The translations under genes were made by a program, and so were the position numbers. Shown here in pieces: positions 49,049 to 58,578 of a stretch of 64,000 nucleotides of DNA (positions are counted from its first letter, which is position 1; every line of letters starts with the position of its first letter). The notes under the pieces are model-generated. The model was not told where the DNA came from and did no database searches. It saw nothing but the letters and a program-made list of their open reading frames with translations. Location of the stretch: assembly GCA_024231215.1 (NCBI GenBank), contig JAAEQR010000195.1, forward strand, positions 14,755 through 78,754, written 5' to 3'. The stretch comes from PVC group bacterium. GTDB lineage: Bacteria > Omnitrophota > Gorgyraeia > B26-G9.

Positions 49049-49635
49049 AAAGAATAGATTTTAAAAAAATAATAATTATTTTAGCCGGGGCATTGCTTTT
49101 GCTGATTTTAGCTTCGGGTTTTATTTTTAAAAAGTATCTTGATTCGTATAGAGTTATTGCCGGGATGGAGCTTGTTGCTACGGTTAAGTGTGTTCAGGAT
49201 GCAGAATCTGATCGTCCGATGCTTAATGTTGAGTATCATCATGCCGGCAGTTTAGACGGACAAGAGCAGAGGTATCTTTTTACCGCGGATGAGTGGGTTA
49301 TTGAAGCCAGGATTGTAAAGATGAGCACACTATTTAGCATATTGGGGGTAAAAAGATATTACCGGCTTGAGCGGATAAGCGGAAGATATTTTGATGTTGA
49401 AAAGGAAAAAACCATGCCGCGTATAGTTTATAGTATATATAATGATTCGGACAGGCTGTGGTGGTTTTTATATAGACATCAAGATATGATTCCCGGGATT
49501 GCCGCGGCTTATGGCAATAGTGCGTTTCTTCCGTTTGAAATAGGAAAGATATTTAAAGTATATGTTACTAATTCTGGCCTGATGATCCAGGACATTTCCG
49601 TTCCGACCAAAAGAGAGTGGTGGCAAACAGGGTAA
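49045..49635 (+). CDS. hypothetical membrane-anchored protein
   Basis: N-terminal TM helix; start overlaps the upstream stop. Confidence 0.7.
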   Translation: MKRIDFKKIIIILAGALLLLILASGFIFKKYLDSYRVIAGMELVATVKCVQDAESDRPMLNVEYHHAGSLDGQEQRYLFTADEWVIEARIVKMSTLFSILGVKRYYRLERISGRYFDVEKEKTMPRIVYSIYNDSDRLWWFLYRHQDMIPGIAAAYGNSAFLPFEIGKIFKVYVTNSGLMIQDISVPTKREWWQTG

Positions 49636-51871
49636 GAATTGCTCCTTTAACCGCAGCAATTAAAATCAGCGCATTTATTATCCCCAGGATAGGTATAAGT
49701 AGTATAGATACTAATATGGCTCCCAGAAAAGATCCCAGCATATCAAAAGAATAAAGTATGTTTTTATTTTTGCTATTTTGAAGATAGATTTTATTTGCCA
49801 GAGGGAATTCTGCCCCGGTAAAAAATCCTGTGCCGACTGAAATAATAAACATAGTAAATAGAATTAGTGGAAATAGGAAATTTTTGGCAATGATAAATTG
49901 TAAGCCTAAGATGAAAACAGGAAAGGCTAGACAGAAAAGTGCAAATATTAAATCGATCTTTAATATTGTTTTTATTTCATCTTGAATCTTAGGTAATTGT
50001 TTAGTCATAAGCATACTGCCGCTGGTAAGCCCAATCATAAACGCACCGATCAAAACCCCGATATATAAATAAACATATCCGTAAAAAGTCTGCAGACTTA
50101 ATATGAGTATGAGATTTAAAGACATTCCGCTGAACCCGCTGGTCATGACAAGCGCGGGTATAAGTTTTTGTGTAACTGATTGCCCTTTTTTCTTTTTCTG
50201 CCATAAAATAATCAAAGCTAATAACCATATAGGTAATAGGACAATAATAATTTTTGTTAGATTCCAGCTTGAAGCAGTTTGGAATATTTTTTGAAAGGTT
50301 GGGGTAAATAGAGCATTCCAGAGACTTAAGCTGTAAAATACACCGGCCGGTTTTAAATCTTTGTTTAGCTGTGCAGATGTATCTCTTAGTGATTCATAAA
50401 ACCATTGTTCTCGATCAGAATTAAGTCGTTCCTGGATATAGAAGTCAGTAAATAAAGGGCTTTTTATGTTGTATTTTTTTAAAGTTTGTTGAATTAGTTT
50501 AGGTGTAATCTTTAATTCTTTATCAGGGGAACAAAGATAAAGATTGTAATGGCCGGGGATTATTTTAATGCCGGAGAAGACTAGTTTAAGGGTATCTAGA
50601 ATGCATTTGTTAAGTTGACGCTGCTCTTTAGATAAATAGCTCATAGCTCCGGGAAGCTGAAAACAGAGAACTCCGGAAGGAGCAAGCTTTTCTTTAACCA
50701 GAGAGAAAAATTCCTGGGTGTAAAATCGGTTAAGGTTAAGAGTTGAAGGAGCGGGTAAATTTATAATGATTGCATCAAATGTATCCGGTGTATTTCTCAA
50801 AAAAAGACGACCGTCTATATGGTGAATATTTACTTTTTTATTACTTAATTCTTTTAAGGTAAGGTTAGTTTTATAGCGTTTGGCCATAGAGATTATCATG
50901 GGGTCGAGTTCTGCGTAATGTATTTGTTTTATAGGAAATTGCAGGATGTTGTTGATAATGCCTCCTAGTCCCGGACCAAGCACTAAAATATTTTCATGTA
51001 ATGGAGATGCTCCCAGCGAAAAATTTACAATATCGTGAGTAAATGCTAAATTCGGGACGGGGATGCTCATGAATGATACCCCGTCGCAGAAAAAAGTATA
51101 CTGTTCTTTCTGCTGGGTTACTGTAATATTGCCGTAGATCGAATTTTTGTAATCTATGATATTAAAGTTTTCCCATTGGGATTGGATTGACTTCTTGTGG
51201 ATATTATCTGCTGTTTTAAAGGATCCAAAGCAAATACAGAGGATTAACAAGATAGATGTAGAGATGCTTATTAACTTATTCTTTTTATGAATAATTAATA
51301 TCCAGGCCGCAATTATATTAATTGCGCTAAGAATAAAAGCAATGTGTATAGTCTTAAAATAAGGGACAAATAAAAAAGTAATAATAATACCGCTTATCCC
51401 GAAGCCAGCGCCTTCTAAAAAGTAAGTTTTGCCGATAGAATGAGTAAGCGGTTTTTTGCTGATATCTTTATATAATCTACAACTCAGAGGAAAGAGTCCT
51501 CCTAATAATATTCCAAGGGGAAGCATAATAGCCAGCGAAGACAGGAAGGTGGGGGATAAACCAATTCCTTCTCCGGGAAAGGTGTTTAGAAGGTATTTTG
51601 TATTCCTAGCGACAACAATGCTTAAAGGGAAGAGTATCCCGCTTAGGATTAAGATAATTGCATATATGATATGGGGAGATTTTAATTTTTCACTGAATTT
51701 ACCGAAAATAAAACTGCCGGCAGCTTCTAGAAGCAGCCAATTGCCCAGGATTATGCCGATAATCATTTCATTACCGTAAAAGACAATTAAAAATTCCCGA
51801 ATTAGCAGTACCTGGGCACTGCAGCAGGAAACCCCCATGAGGATAATAAGGAATGTAATTAATTTTTTCAT
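49568..51871 (-). CDS. membrane-bound spermidine synthase-like protein (MFS-like fusion)
   Basis: TM blocks flanking ELDP, DGRLFL, FDAIIINLP, NRFYTQEFF. Confidence 0.85.
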   Translation of the reverse strand: MKKLITFLIILMGVSCCSAQVLLIREFLIVFYGNEMIIGIILGNWLLLEAAGSFIFGKFSEKLKSPHIIYAIILILSGILFPLSIVVARNTKYLLNTFPGEGIGLSPTFLSSLAIMLPLGILLGGLFPLSCRLYKDISKKPLTHSIGKTYFLEGAGFGISGIIITFLFVPYFKTIHIAFILSAINIIAAWILIIHKKNKLISISTSILLILCICFGSFKTADNIHKKSIQSQWENFNIIDYKNSIYGNITVTQQKEQYTFFCDGVSFMSIPVPNLAFTHDIVNFSLGASPLHENILVLGPGLGGIINNILQFPIKQIHYAELDPMIISMAKRYKTNLTLKELSNKKVNIHHIDGRLFLRNTPDTFDAIIINLPAPSTLNLNRFYTQEFFSLVKEKLAPSGVLCFQLPGAMSYLSKEQRQLNKCILDTLKLVFSGIKIIPGHYNLYLCSPDKELKITPKLIQQTLKKYNIKSPLFTDFYIQERLNSDREQWFYESLRDTSAQLNKDLKPAGVFYSLSLWNALFTPTFQKIFQTASSWNLTKIIIVLLPIWLLALIILWQKKKKGQSVTQKLIPALVMTSGFSGMSLNLILILSLQTFYGYVYLYIGVLIGAFMIGLTSGSMLMTKQLPKIQDEIKTILKIDLIFALFCLAFPVFILGLQFIIAKNFLFPLILFTMFIISVGTGFFTGAEFPLANKIYLQNSKNKNILYSFDMLGSFLGAILVSILLIPILGIINALILIAAVKGAILTLFATTLFWSERKCPGSSGQN

Positions 51872-51933
51872 AGTATACTATTGGTGAATAATATTAGTGA
51901 CAAAGCATTATTTTCAGAAATTGTGTCGACACT

Positions 51934-52087
51934 TGTTAAAACATATGTTTTTGAACGACCCTTGATTTTAGCATAAAAATGGCGTTAAAAAAATTGACGA
52001 GCCCGGAGGCCGGGAGGAGATTTTTAGTCATTTGTTGCGGCCCTTGGGCAAAATCGAGCTAGAGTGTAAAAAATATATGTTTTAACA
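51934..52087. repeat. 154-bp segment with 19-bp terminal inverted repeats
   Basis: TGTTAAAACATATGTTTTT and AAAAATATATGTTTTAACA (one mismatch). Confidence 0.55.
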
Positions 52088-52193
52088 TTAAAATACAAGG
52101 TGCTTGTAAGCTTAATTGGATATCTTGCCTTGTAAACTCTATCTTCTTGCTGTAAAATTATAGTAGCAAATCAAGAGGAGGATTGCAAATACT

Positions 52194-52526
52194 ATGAATG
52201 ATATAAAGAGAACAGAAAATGCGATGATCCGGGTCTGGAAAGAAATGGATATTAACGAAATAAAGAAACATATGCTTAGTGCAGGAGAATTATCTGCGAA
52301 TTGTGATAATTGTCAGCAGTTGGGTATAGATTTCATGAAAGAGCCTATTTGTCCAAATTGTGGTACGGGGTTTAAATATATTACTTTCCGAAAGAAAGAC
52401 AGTAAAAGGGAAGAACTTTTTGCTATAGGCCGGATAAATAAAAACAGGCCCGATTTAATTATCCTTGATTATGAGGATATCAAACGAGCCTGTGGTAAAT
52501 CAAAAGCACAAGATATTTTTGGGTGA
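52194..52526 (+). CDS. hypothetical zinc-ribbon protein
   Basis: CDNC...CPNC; GAGGAGG RBS. Confidence 0.75.
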   Translation: MNDIKRTENAMIRVWKEMDINEIKKHMLSAGELSANCDNCQQLGIDFMKEPICPNCGTGFKYITFRKKDSKREELFAIGRINKNRPDLIILDYEDIKRACGKSKAQDIFG

Positions 52527-52598
52527 ACCCAGATTTTGCATTAGACGTGGATGAAAAATTAGTGCTATTCGCCGCGGTTTAATGCGAATTCTGGGTTA

Positions 52599-52826
52599 TT
52601 ATGCTTTGGATACCTTGCCGGAACGGATACATTCCGTACATGCTTTTACGGTTTTATGAGTTCCGTTAGTTACTGATTTTACACTCTGAAGATTAGGAAG
52701 AAATCTTCTTTTGGTTATACCGGTAACTTTCTTACCGACACCGCCTTTTTTCTTTGCCAAACCACGTCGGGTGAAAGATCTTCCCGCTGTTGGTCCTTTT
52801 CCGCATATTGCACAAGTATTACCCAC
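52599..52826 (-). CDS. rpmB: 50S ribosomal protein L28
   Basis: CAICGKGP, TKRRFLPNLQ, CTECIRSG. Confidence 0.93.
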   Translation of the reverse strand: MGNTCAICGKGPTAGRSFTRRGLAKKKGGVGKKVTGITKRRFLPNLQSVKSVTNGTHKTVKACTECIRSGKVSKA

Positions 52827-53068
52827 TGTATTACCTCCGGTTATTTTTTATTATCGTCTATAGATATCCCCAGAATATATCATAAGTGGGAGTTTTTGTC
52901 AATGGGGGAAGAAAAAGCTTAGATTGCATATTTATGCGTAAAGCCATATATCTCAGTTATTTGCGTTTTAATTTTCTGCTTGACTCAACATCTATTTTAT
53001 GGCAGAATGATTCCATAAGTGTTTATTTATAGTTCGTTCCGAAGTTTCGGGGGATAAATTAAAGGAGA

Positions 53069-53395
53069 ATGGAAATGGCGATTGAATTGACAAAAGATAA
53101 TTTTGACCAGGAAGTTATGAACTCAGATATGCCGGTTTTGGTTGATTTTTGGGCAGAGTGGTGTGGGCCTTGCCGGATGATAGCGCCGGTTATAGAGGAA
53201 GTATCTAAGGAATATGAAGGTAAAATTAAAATAGGCAAGGTTAATATTGATCAGAATGCAGAGGTTGCTTCGCGTTTTGGCGTTATGAGTATTCCAACCA
53301 TGATTATTTTTAATAAAGGAGAGACTGTAGACCAGACCGTAGGTGCTTTACCCAAAGAAAAGATGATTAGTTTTATCGAGCCTTATATAACCTGA
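53069..53395 (+). CDS. trxA: thioredoxin
   Basis: WAEWCGPC, SIPT; true start may be 53075. Confidence 0.96.
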   Translation: MEMAIELTKDNFDQEVMNSDMPVLVDFWAEWCGPCRMIAPVIEEVSKEYEGKIKIGKVNIDQNAEVASRFGVMSIPTMIIFNKGETVDQTVGALPKEKMISFIEPYIT

Positions 53396-53411
53396 TTGAT
53401 GGAGTGTTGAG

Positions 53412-53633
53412 ATGCCTGTGTATACGTATTTATGTTCTGACTGCGGTGAACAGTTTGATTTGCTGATTGGTGTTAATAAAGAGAAAACCGAAAAAAAATG
53501 CAAAAAATGCAATAGTAAGAAAATCAAAAAGATTTTTTCCGCGTTTAGTGTTGGCAAACAAACCAAAGGATGCGGCTTTAAACCAACCACATGCCCTTCT
53601 TCGGGCACAGGATGCTGTCCGGGATGCCATTAA
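53412..53633 (+). CDS. FmdB-family zinc-ribbon protein
   Basis: MPVYTYLCSDCG, CKKC, Cys-rich tail. Confidence 0.85.
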   Translation: MPVYTYLCSDCGEQFDLLIGVNKEKTEKKCKKCNSKKIKKIFSAFSVGKQTKGCGFKPTTCPSSGTGCCPGCH

Positions 53634-54379
53634 TAAAAAAAATATTAACTATAACCATTATTCTTTTTTCTTTTGCCTCTTTTTCGCTTGCCGAAGAAGA
53701 GGTTTCTTTTAACCATTCGCTTTATCAGAAGATACTATTCCGGTATATGGATAAGGGATTTGTCGATTATATTGGTTTAAAAAGAAAACGGTTTGATCTG
53801 GATAGATATTTAACCTTAGTTAGTAATCTTGAGCCGGAAAGTATTACGGCAATGTCTGGTGATGAAAGGATTGCATTGTATATTAATGTTTATAATGCGA
53901 GAGTATTGCAGACAGTAGTTGACCATTATCCGGTAAAATCTATAAATAAAATTGAGGGTTGGGATACAACTCAGTTTAAAGTTGCTGGAGGATATGTCAC
54001 GCTCACTCAGATCAAAAATGAAATCATTCCGAATGAAACTAAGGATCCACGTGTATATTTTACTCTTATAGATGCGGCAAAAGGCGCTCCTGCTTTAAGG
54101 CAAAAACCATTCCAGGGACGGAATCGTAATGCTTTACTAGATGATACGCTTCGAAAGTTTATAAACGATAAATCTAAAAACAGATTGGATAAAAAAGAAA
54201 ATATTATTTATTTATCTTCTTTATTAAAAGAATATAAACCAAGAATAGGGAGTGTTCTTTTATTTGTCAGTAAATACTTGCCGCGGGATCAAGCTGAGTT
54301 TATTAAAAAAAACAATCCGCCCATAAAATATGAGCATGACGAGTCATTGAATATCAGGCCGTATGCGACGCTTAAATAA
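53624..54379 (+). CDS. exported DUF547 protein
   Basis: VDY, ALYINVYNA, DPRVYF, YLS. Confidence 0.75.
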   Translation: MPLIKKILTITIILFSFASFSLAEEEVSFNHSLYQKILFRYMDKGFVDYIGLKRKRFDLDRYLTLVSNLEPESITAMSGDERIALYINVYNARVLQTVVDHYPVKSINKIEGWDTTQFKVAGGYVTLTQIKNEIIPNETKDPRVYFTLIDAAKGAPALRQKPFQGRNRNALLDDTLRKFINDKSKNRLDKKENIIYLSSLLKEYKPRIGSVLLFVSKYLPRDQAEFIKKNNPPIKYEHDESLNIRPYATLK

Positions 54380-54530
54380 TTGCAGTTAATATAGATTAGT
54401 TGTAAAATATATACTGTAGAAATGATTCTGGGCACTAAGAGAGCAGGGTAAATCTTCTTCGAACATTGCCCCTGCAGTGCCACGGACATAATTCGCCCCG
54501 AAGCTTCGGGGCTCATTGAAGGGGGAGAGT

Positions 54531-55151
54531 ATGTTTTGTCAAAAATGCGGTCAGGAACTAGTAGATGATGCGAAATTTTGTGCTCAATGCGGAACACCTA
54601 TTGATGGGGTGGCTCCGGTAGAAGAATCGGAATTAGATGAGCCGATAGTGGTTTTAAAGCCTGTATTTATTCCTTGGGTTACGATTTTATCGGTGCTTCC
54701 TTTGCAGATATTTTTTACTATTTGGGGAGGCGGATTTTTTGGCGGATTCAGTACAGTATTGATTAAAGGGCTTAAGCTGCCGATTCCGATTTGGTTTCCC
54801 TTTGTGTTTTTTGCCTGCCTGGCTTTTTTCGGAATTCCGCTGCTGATATATAATATGAAGAAAAAGACATATGCAAAAACAGAGTATCGTTTTTTTAAGA
54901 AGCGTTTGGATTATTATGAAGGGTTTTTTACTGTAGAGGAAAAGACTGTAGACTACAGGAATATAACTGAGGTTTATCTGCGTAAAGGAATTGTCCAGAA
55001 AAAATACGGGATAGGGACAATATTGCTGACTACTCCGTCTGTAACTATGTCTCAAAACCGGGCAATGAGCGGTATTCAGGTAGCGGATATTAAGAATCCG
55101 GACGAAGTGTATAAACAAATAAAGGATTTGATTTATCAAGCAAGAAAATAA
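54531..55151 (+). CDS. zinc-ribbon and bacterial PH-domain membrane protein
   Basis: MFCQKCG...FCAQCG, two TM helices, YGIGTI. Confidence 0.8.
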   Translation: MFCQKCGQELVDDAKFCAQCGTPIDGVAPVEESELDEPIVVLKPVFIPWVTILSVLPLQIFFTIWGGGFFGGFSTVLIKGLKLPIPIWFPFVFFACLAFFGIPLLIYNMKKKTYAKTEYRFFKKRLDYYEGFFTVEEKTVDYRNITEVYLRKGIVQKKYGIGTILLTTPSVTMSQNRAMSGIQVADIKNPDEVYKQIKDLIYQARK

Positions 55152-55167
55152 AAATTTCAAGCATCTC

Positions 55168-55195
55168 TTGACAAAAATTTTTTATATGCTATACT
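55168..55195 (+). promoter_or_regulatory. sigma70-like promoter of glnA
   Basis: TTGACA-N16-TATACT with extended -10 TG. Confidence 0.7.
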
Positions 55196-55202
55196 TTTTT
55201 TG

Positions 55203-55325
55203 AACGATGATGTTGTTTCGGCAAAGAAGCCCGGAAGATGAATTCCGGGCTTCTTCTGTTTTTCGCGGCGATGTAGCCCTTTAAGAGGCGGATTCTCTCT
55301 GTCTTTTGGAGGGTTTTTGTTTTTT
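55203..55325 (+). promoter_or_regulatory. ANTAR-type hairpin leader with two overlapping terminators
   Basis: AAC-GATGAT-GTT and GGC-AAAGAA-GCC (overlaps terminator 55224-55263); GGC-GATGTA-GCC (overlaps terminator 55276-55325). Confidence 0.72.
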
Positions 55326-55416
55326 GAACCTAGAAAATTATTTAGCGAAAGTATGGCAGGATCGTGCTATACTAAATAAGAGATTGTAGTTATGTATAAA
55401 AAGGGAGGATTTTAAA

Positions 55417-57522
55417 ATGGCTGGTGTAAGTACTTTTTTTGGAGAATTAACTTTTAATAAAAAAGTTATGAGTCAGAAATTAAGCAAAAACGTTTATACG
55501 AAATTACTGGCAACGATTGAGAATGGAGAGCCGTTGGATCAGTCAATTGCCGGAGATGTCGCTCACGCGATGAAGGAATGGGCCGTAGAGAACGGGGCAA
55601 CCCATTTTACGCATTGGTTCCAGCCGCAGCGTGGAGGTACAGCAGAAAAACATGATGCTTTTATTTCTTATGGTAAAGAAGGAGAGATTGTTGAGAGGCT
55701 TTCTGATCGGCAGTTGATTCAGTCTGAACCGGATGCTTCTTCGTTTCCTTCCGGGGGGATGAGATCTACTTTCGAAGCACGTGGATACACGGCCTGGGAT
55801 CCGACTTCGCCGGCATTTTTGTTGGAAGCTGGAGATACTAAAACTCTGGTAATTCCTTCTGTATTTTTATCCTGGACCGGGGCTGTTTTGGATATTAAGA
55901 CTCCGTTGTTGCGTTCGATAAAGGCGGTTAATGATGCGGCAATAAGACTTCAAAAACTGTTGGGTAATAAAAAAGTAAAACGTATTAAAATATTTGGAGG
56001 CCCGGAACAAGAATATTTTCTTTTTTCTAAAGATTTATATGATACTCGTCCGGATTTGATAGTGTGCGGCAGAACTTTGTTTGGATCTGCTCCGGCTAAA
56101 GGTCAGCAGATGGAAGATCACTATTTCGGCGCGATAAAGTCGAAGGTTATAGAGTTTATGGAGAGCTTGGACCATGAATTGTATCGGCGTGGAATTCCGG
56201 CAAAAACCAGACATAACGAAGTTTCTCCGAACCAGTTTGAAATCGCTCCGTTGTATGAAGAAGTTAATTTATCTATAGATCATAACTTGCAGCTTATGGA
56301 TATTTTGAAAAAGGTTGCAGATGATTTTGAGATGGTAGCTATTTTACATGAAAAACCATTGGGAGGAGTAAATGGTTCCGGAAAACATTTTAATTTTTCG
56401 ATTGGGGATAATACCGGAGCTAATTATTTTGAGCCCTCTGGTTCTCCGCAGAATAATCTGATCTTTTTATTGTCACTTGGTGCGATCATGCTGGGTGTGA
56501 ATAAATACGGTGGATTATTAAGAGGTGTGGTTGCCGATGCTGGGAATGACCATCGTTTAGGCGCTAACGAAGCGCCTCCGGCGATTATTTCGGTATACTT
56601 GGGAGAGTATCTTGATGCGTTGCTGAACGAGATCGAAGGGCTGGGCAAGGTTACAGATAAAAAGATGTCTGAAATTTATTTAGGAATTCAGGATTTACCA
56701 AAAGTTGCTAAAGATACCTCTGACAGGAACAGAACTTCACCGTTGGCTTTTACCGGCAATAAATTTGAATTCCGGGCTGTAGGCTCATCTCATAATTGCG
56801 CGGAAGCAGGAACAATGCTGAACATGATCATGGCGTATGGGTACAATGCTATTGCTGAGCGTATAGAGAAAAACAAGAGTAAAGCAGATGCAAAGAGTAA
56901 AGCGATAGAAGTCCTGGAGAAGGTTTTAAAAGAGACCAAGCGTGTGCGTTTTGAAGGTAATAACTATGATGAAAAATGGCATAAAGAAGCAGCAAAACGC
57001 GGCTTGCCTAACACCAAGAATACTCCTGAAGCTTTAGAATTATTTTTGCAGAAAGACGCGGTAAAATTATTCAAAGATATGGGAGTGTTAAATGAAACAG
57101 AAGTACATTCAAAAATAGAGATTAAGCTTGAGGCGTATACTAAAACTAAAGATATTGAGCTTAAAACAGCGGTCAATATTGCCAGAACACTGGTATTGCC
57201 GGCAGTTGTAGATCAGCTGGGGATGATGGCTGAGGCTGTTTCTGCGGTTAAAACTGCGGGAGGAAAAATATCTGTTTTGGGTGCAGATATTAAGGTCGTA
57301 AATAATATATATGCACAGATAAAAACTGGTATTGTTAGTTTGGAAAAAGAAATGGCTGCCTGCGAAAAACAAGGTGATGAATTAAAGAAAGCAAAAGCAT
57401 ATGCCGGCAAGGGTATGGTTGCTTTAAATAAACTGCGTGTAGCAGTAGATGCGGCCGAAGAAGTAGTAGCTGATGACTTATGGCCGCTGGCAAAATACCA
57501 GGAATTGCTTTTGGTATTATAA
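55417..57522 (+). CDS. glnA: glutamine synthetase type III
   Basis: HFTHWFQP, EPDASSFPSGG, HNEVSPNQFE, NGSGKH, DRNRTSP; 701 aa. Confidence 0.95.
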   Translation: MAGVSTFFGELTFNKKVMSQKLSKNVYTKLLATIENGEPLDQSIAGDVAHAMKEWAVENGATHFTHWFQPQRGGTAEKHDAFISYGKEGEIVERLSDRQLIQSEPDASSFPSGGMRSTFEARGYTAWDPTSPAFLLEAGDTKTLVIPSVFLSWTGAVLDIKTPLLRSIKAVNDAAIRLQKLLGNKKVKRIKIFGGPEQEYFLFSKDLYDTRPDLIVCGRTLFGSAPAKGQQMEDHYFGAIKSKVIEFMESLDHELYRRGIPAKTRHNEVSPNQFEIAPLYEEVNLSIDHNLQLMDILKKVADDFEMVAILHEKPLGGVNGSGKHFNFSIGDNTGANYFEPSGSPQNNLIFLLSLGAIMLGVNKYGGLLRGVVADAGNDHRLGANEAPPAIISVYLGEYLDALLNEIEGLGKVTDKKMSEIYLGIQDLPKVAKDTSDRNRTSPLAFTGNKFEFRAVGSSHNCAEAGTMLNMIMAYGYNAIAERIEKNKSKADAKSKAIEVLEKVLKETKRVRFEGNNYDEKWHKEAAKRGLPNTKNTPEALELFLQKDAVKLFKDMGVLNETEVHSKIEIKLEAYTKTKDIELKTAVNIARTLVLPAVVDQLGMMAEAVSAVKTAGGKISVLGADIKVVNNIYAQIKTGIVSLEKEMAACEKQGDELKKAKAYAGKGMVALNKLRVAVDAAEEVVADDLWPLAKYQELLLVL

Positions 57523-57564
57523 TGTATTGCTAAGTTAGCAATATGAATCATAAAAGATGCCTAT

Positions 57565-58071
57565 ATGAAATCAAATATTACATTAATAGGAATGCCAGGA
57601 GCCGGAAAAAGTACAGCGGGAATAATTTTAGCTAAATACCGGTCGTATGGTTTTATTGATACTGATATTCTGATACAGATAAATCAGCAAAAATCATTAC
57701 AGGATATTATTGATCAAAGCGGTTATTTAGCTTTAAGGCAGATTGAAGAGGCTGAGATATTAAAGCTAAATGTTGAAGAGCATGTAATTGCTACCGGAGG
57801 CAGTGCAGTATATAGCGATAAGGCAATGACGCATCTTAAACAGATTTCTACGGTTGTTTTTCTGCAGGTTACTTATAAAGTAGCTTGCGATAGAATAAAG
57901 GATTTTGAAGAAAGAGGTATTGCTAAATCAGCCGAACAGTCATTTATTGATCTTTACAATGAAAGACAAGTTTTATATGAAAAATATGCTGATTTAAGTA
58001 TTGACTGTAATGAGTGCGACCAGGAATCTATAGCTCGAAATATAACGGATAAGATATCAGAGGTTAAATGA
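57565..58071 (+). CDS. shikimate kinase-like protein (second copy)
   Basis: GMPGAGKST, DTD, IATGGSAV, RGIA. Confidence 0.85.
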   Translation: MKSNITLIGMPGAGKSTAGIILAKYRSYGFIDTDILIQINQQKSLQDIIDQSGYLALRQIEEAEILKLNVEEHVIATGGSAVYSDKAMTHLKQISTVVFLQVTYKVACDRIKDFEERGIAKSAEQSFIDLYNERQVLYEKYADLSIDCNECDQESIARNITDKISEVK

Positions 58072-58155
58072 AGTTGTCCGGTTACCGGACGGGAAAGTTG
58101 TTTACTTGTATTAAAGTAAGATAATCCAGCACAGTGTTTGTGCTAATAAAAAATA

Positions 58156-58404
58156 ATGGAAAAGCCGAACATAAAATATCCCTGTAAATGGCCGTATAAA
58201 ATTATTGGCTCAGATAAAGACGCATTGAAAAAAGAAATTATAGCTAAACTTGTGGATATGAGATTTGAATTAGTTGAAGGCAATCAAAGTAAGCAGGGTA
58301 AATATGTTTCTTTTGATGTTGAGGTGTTTGTTGCCAATGAGGCTGAACGCGTTAATGTTTTCAATATTCTGAAAGATATACCCATTGTTAAGATTGTGAT
58401 TTAA
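58156..58404 (+). CDS. DUF493/YbeD-like protein
   Basis: YPCKWPYKIIG, SKQGKYVS. Confidence 0.85.
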   Translation: MEKPNIKYPCKWPYKIIGSDKDALKKEIIAKLVDMRFELVEGNQSKQGKYVSFDVEVFVANEAERVNVFNILKDIPIVKIVI

Positions 58405-58514
58405 TTTGCAGGTTACCAAGTAACTTATTAGATTACTTGTATATAAGTACGCTGATGTACATTTTAGAGTAGAAACTAGCGATATTCGCAGATAGAATAT
58501 TGAGTGTAAATTAA

Positions 58515-58559
58515 GACATAGGTGTCTTTTGATTGAGAGGTTAAAAGGCACCTTTTTTT
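58515..58559 (+). terminator. terminator overlapped by an ANTAR-like hexaloop hairpin
   Basis: GAC-ATAGGT-GTC overlapping stem AGGTGTCTTTTGA/TTAAAAGGCACCT plus T run. Confidence 0.65.
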
Positions 58560-58578
58560 ATTATACAAGGGAGTAGAA

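Noticed and set aside
54421-54490. c-di-GMP-II riboswitch or HDV-like ribozyme
   Set aside because: GGGCAC/AGTGC are present, but the other conserved elements do not fit by eye; left unassigned
54491-54521. ATTCGCCCCGAAGCTTCGGGGCTCATTGAAG resembles a type I-G CRISPR repeat
   Set aside because: Single copy, no spacers and no cas genes in the window
54687-55160. 157-aa minus-strand ORF
   Set aside because: Lies antisense to a recognisable gene and has no motif
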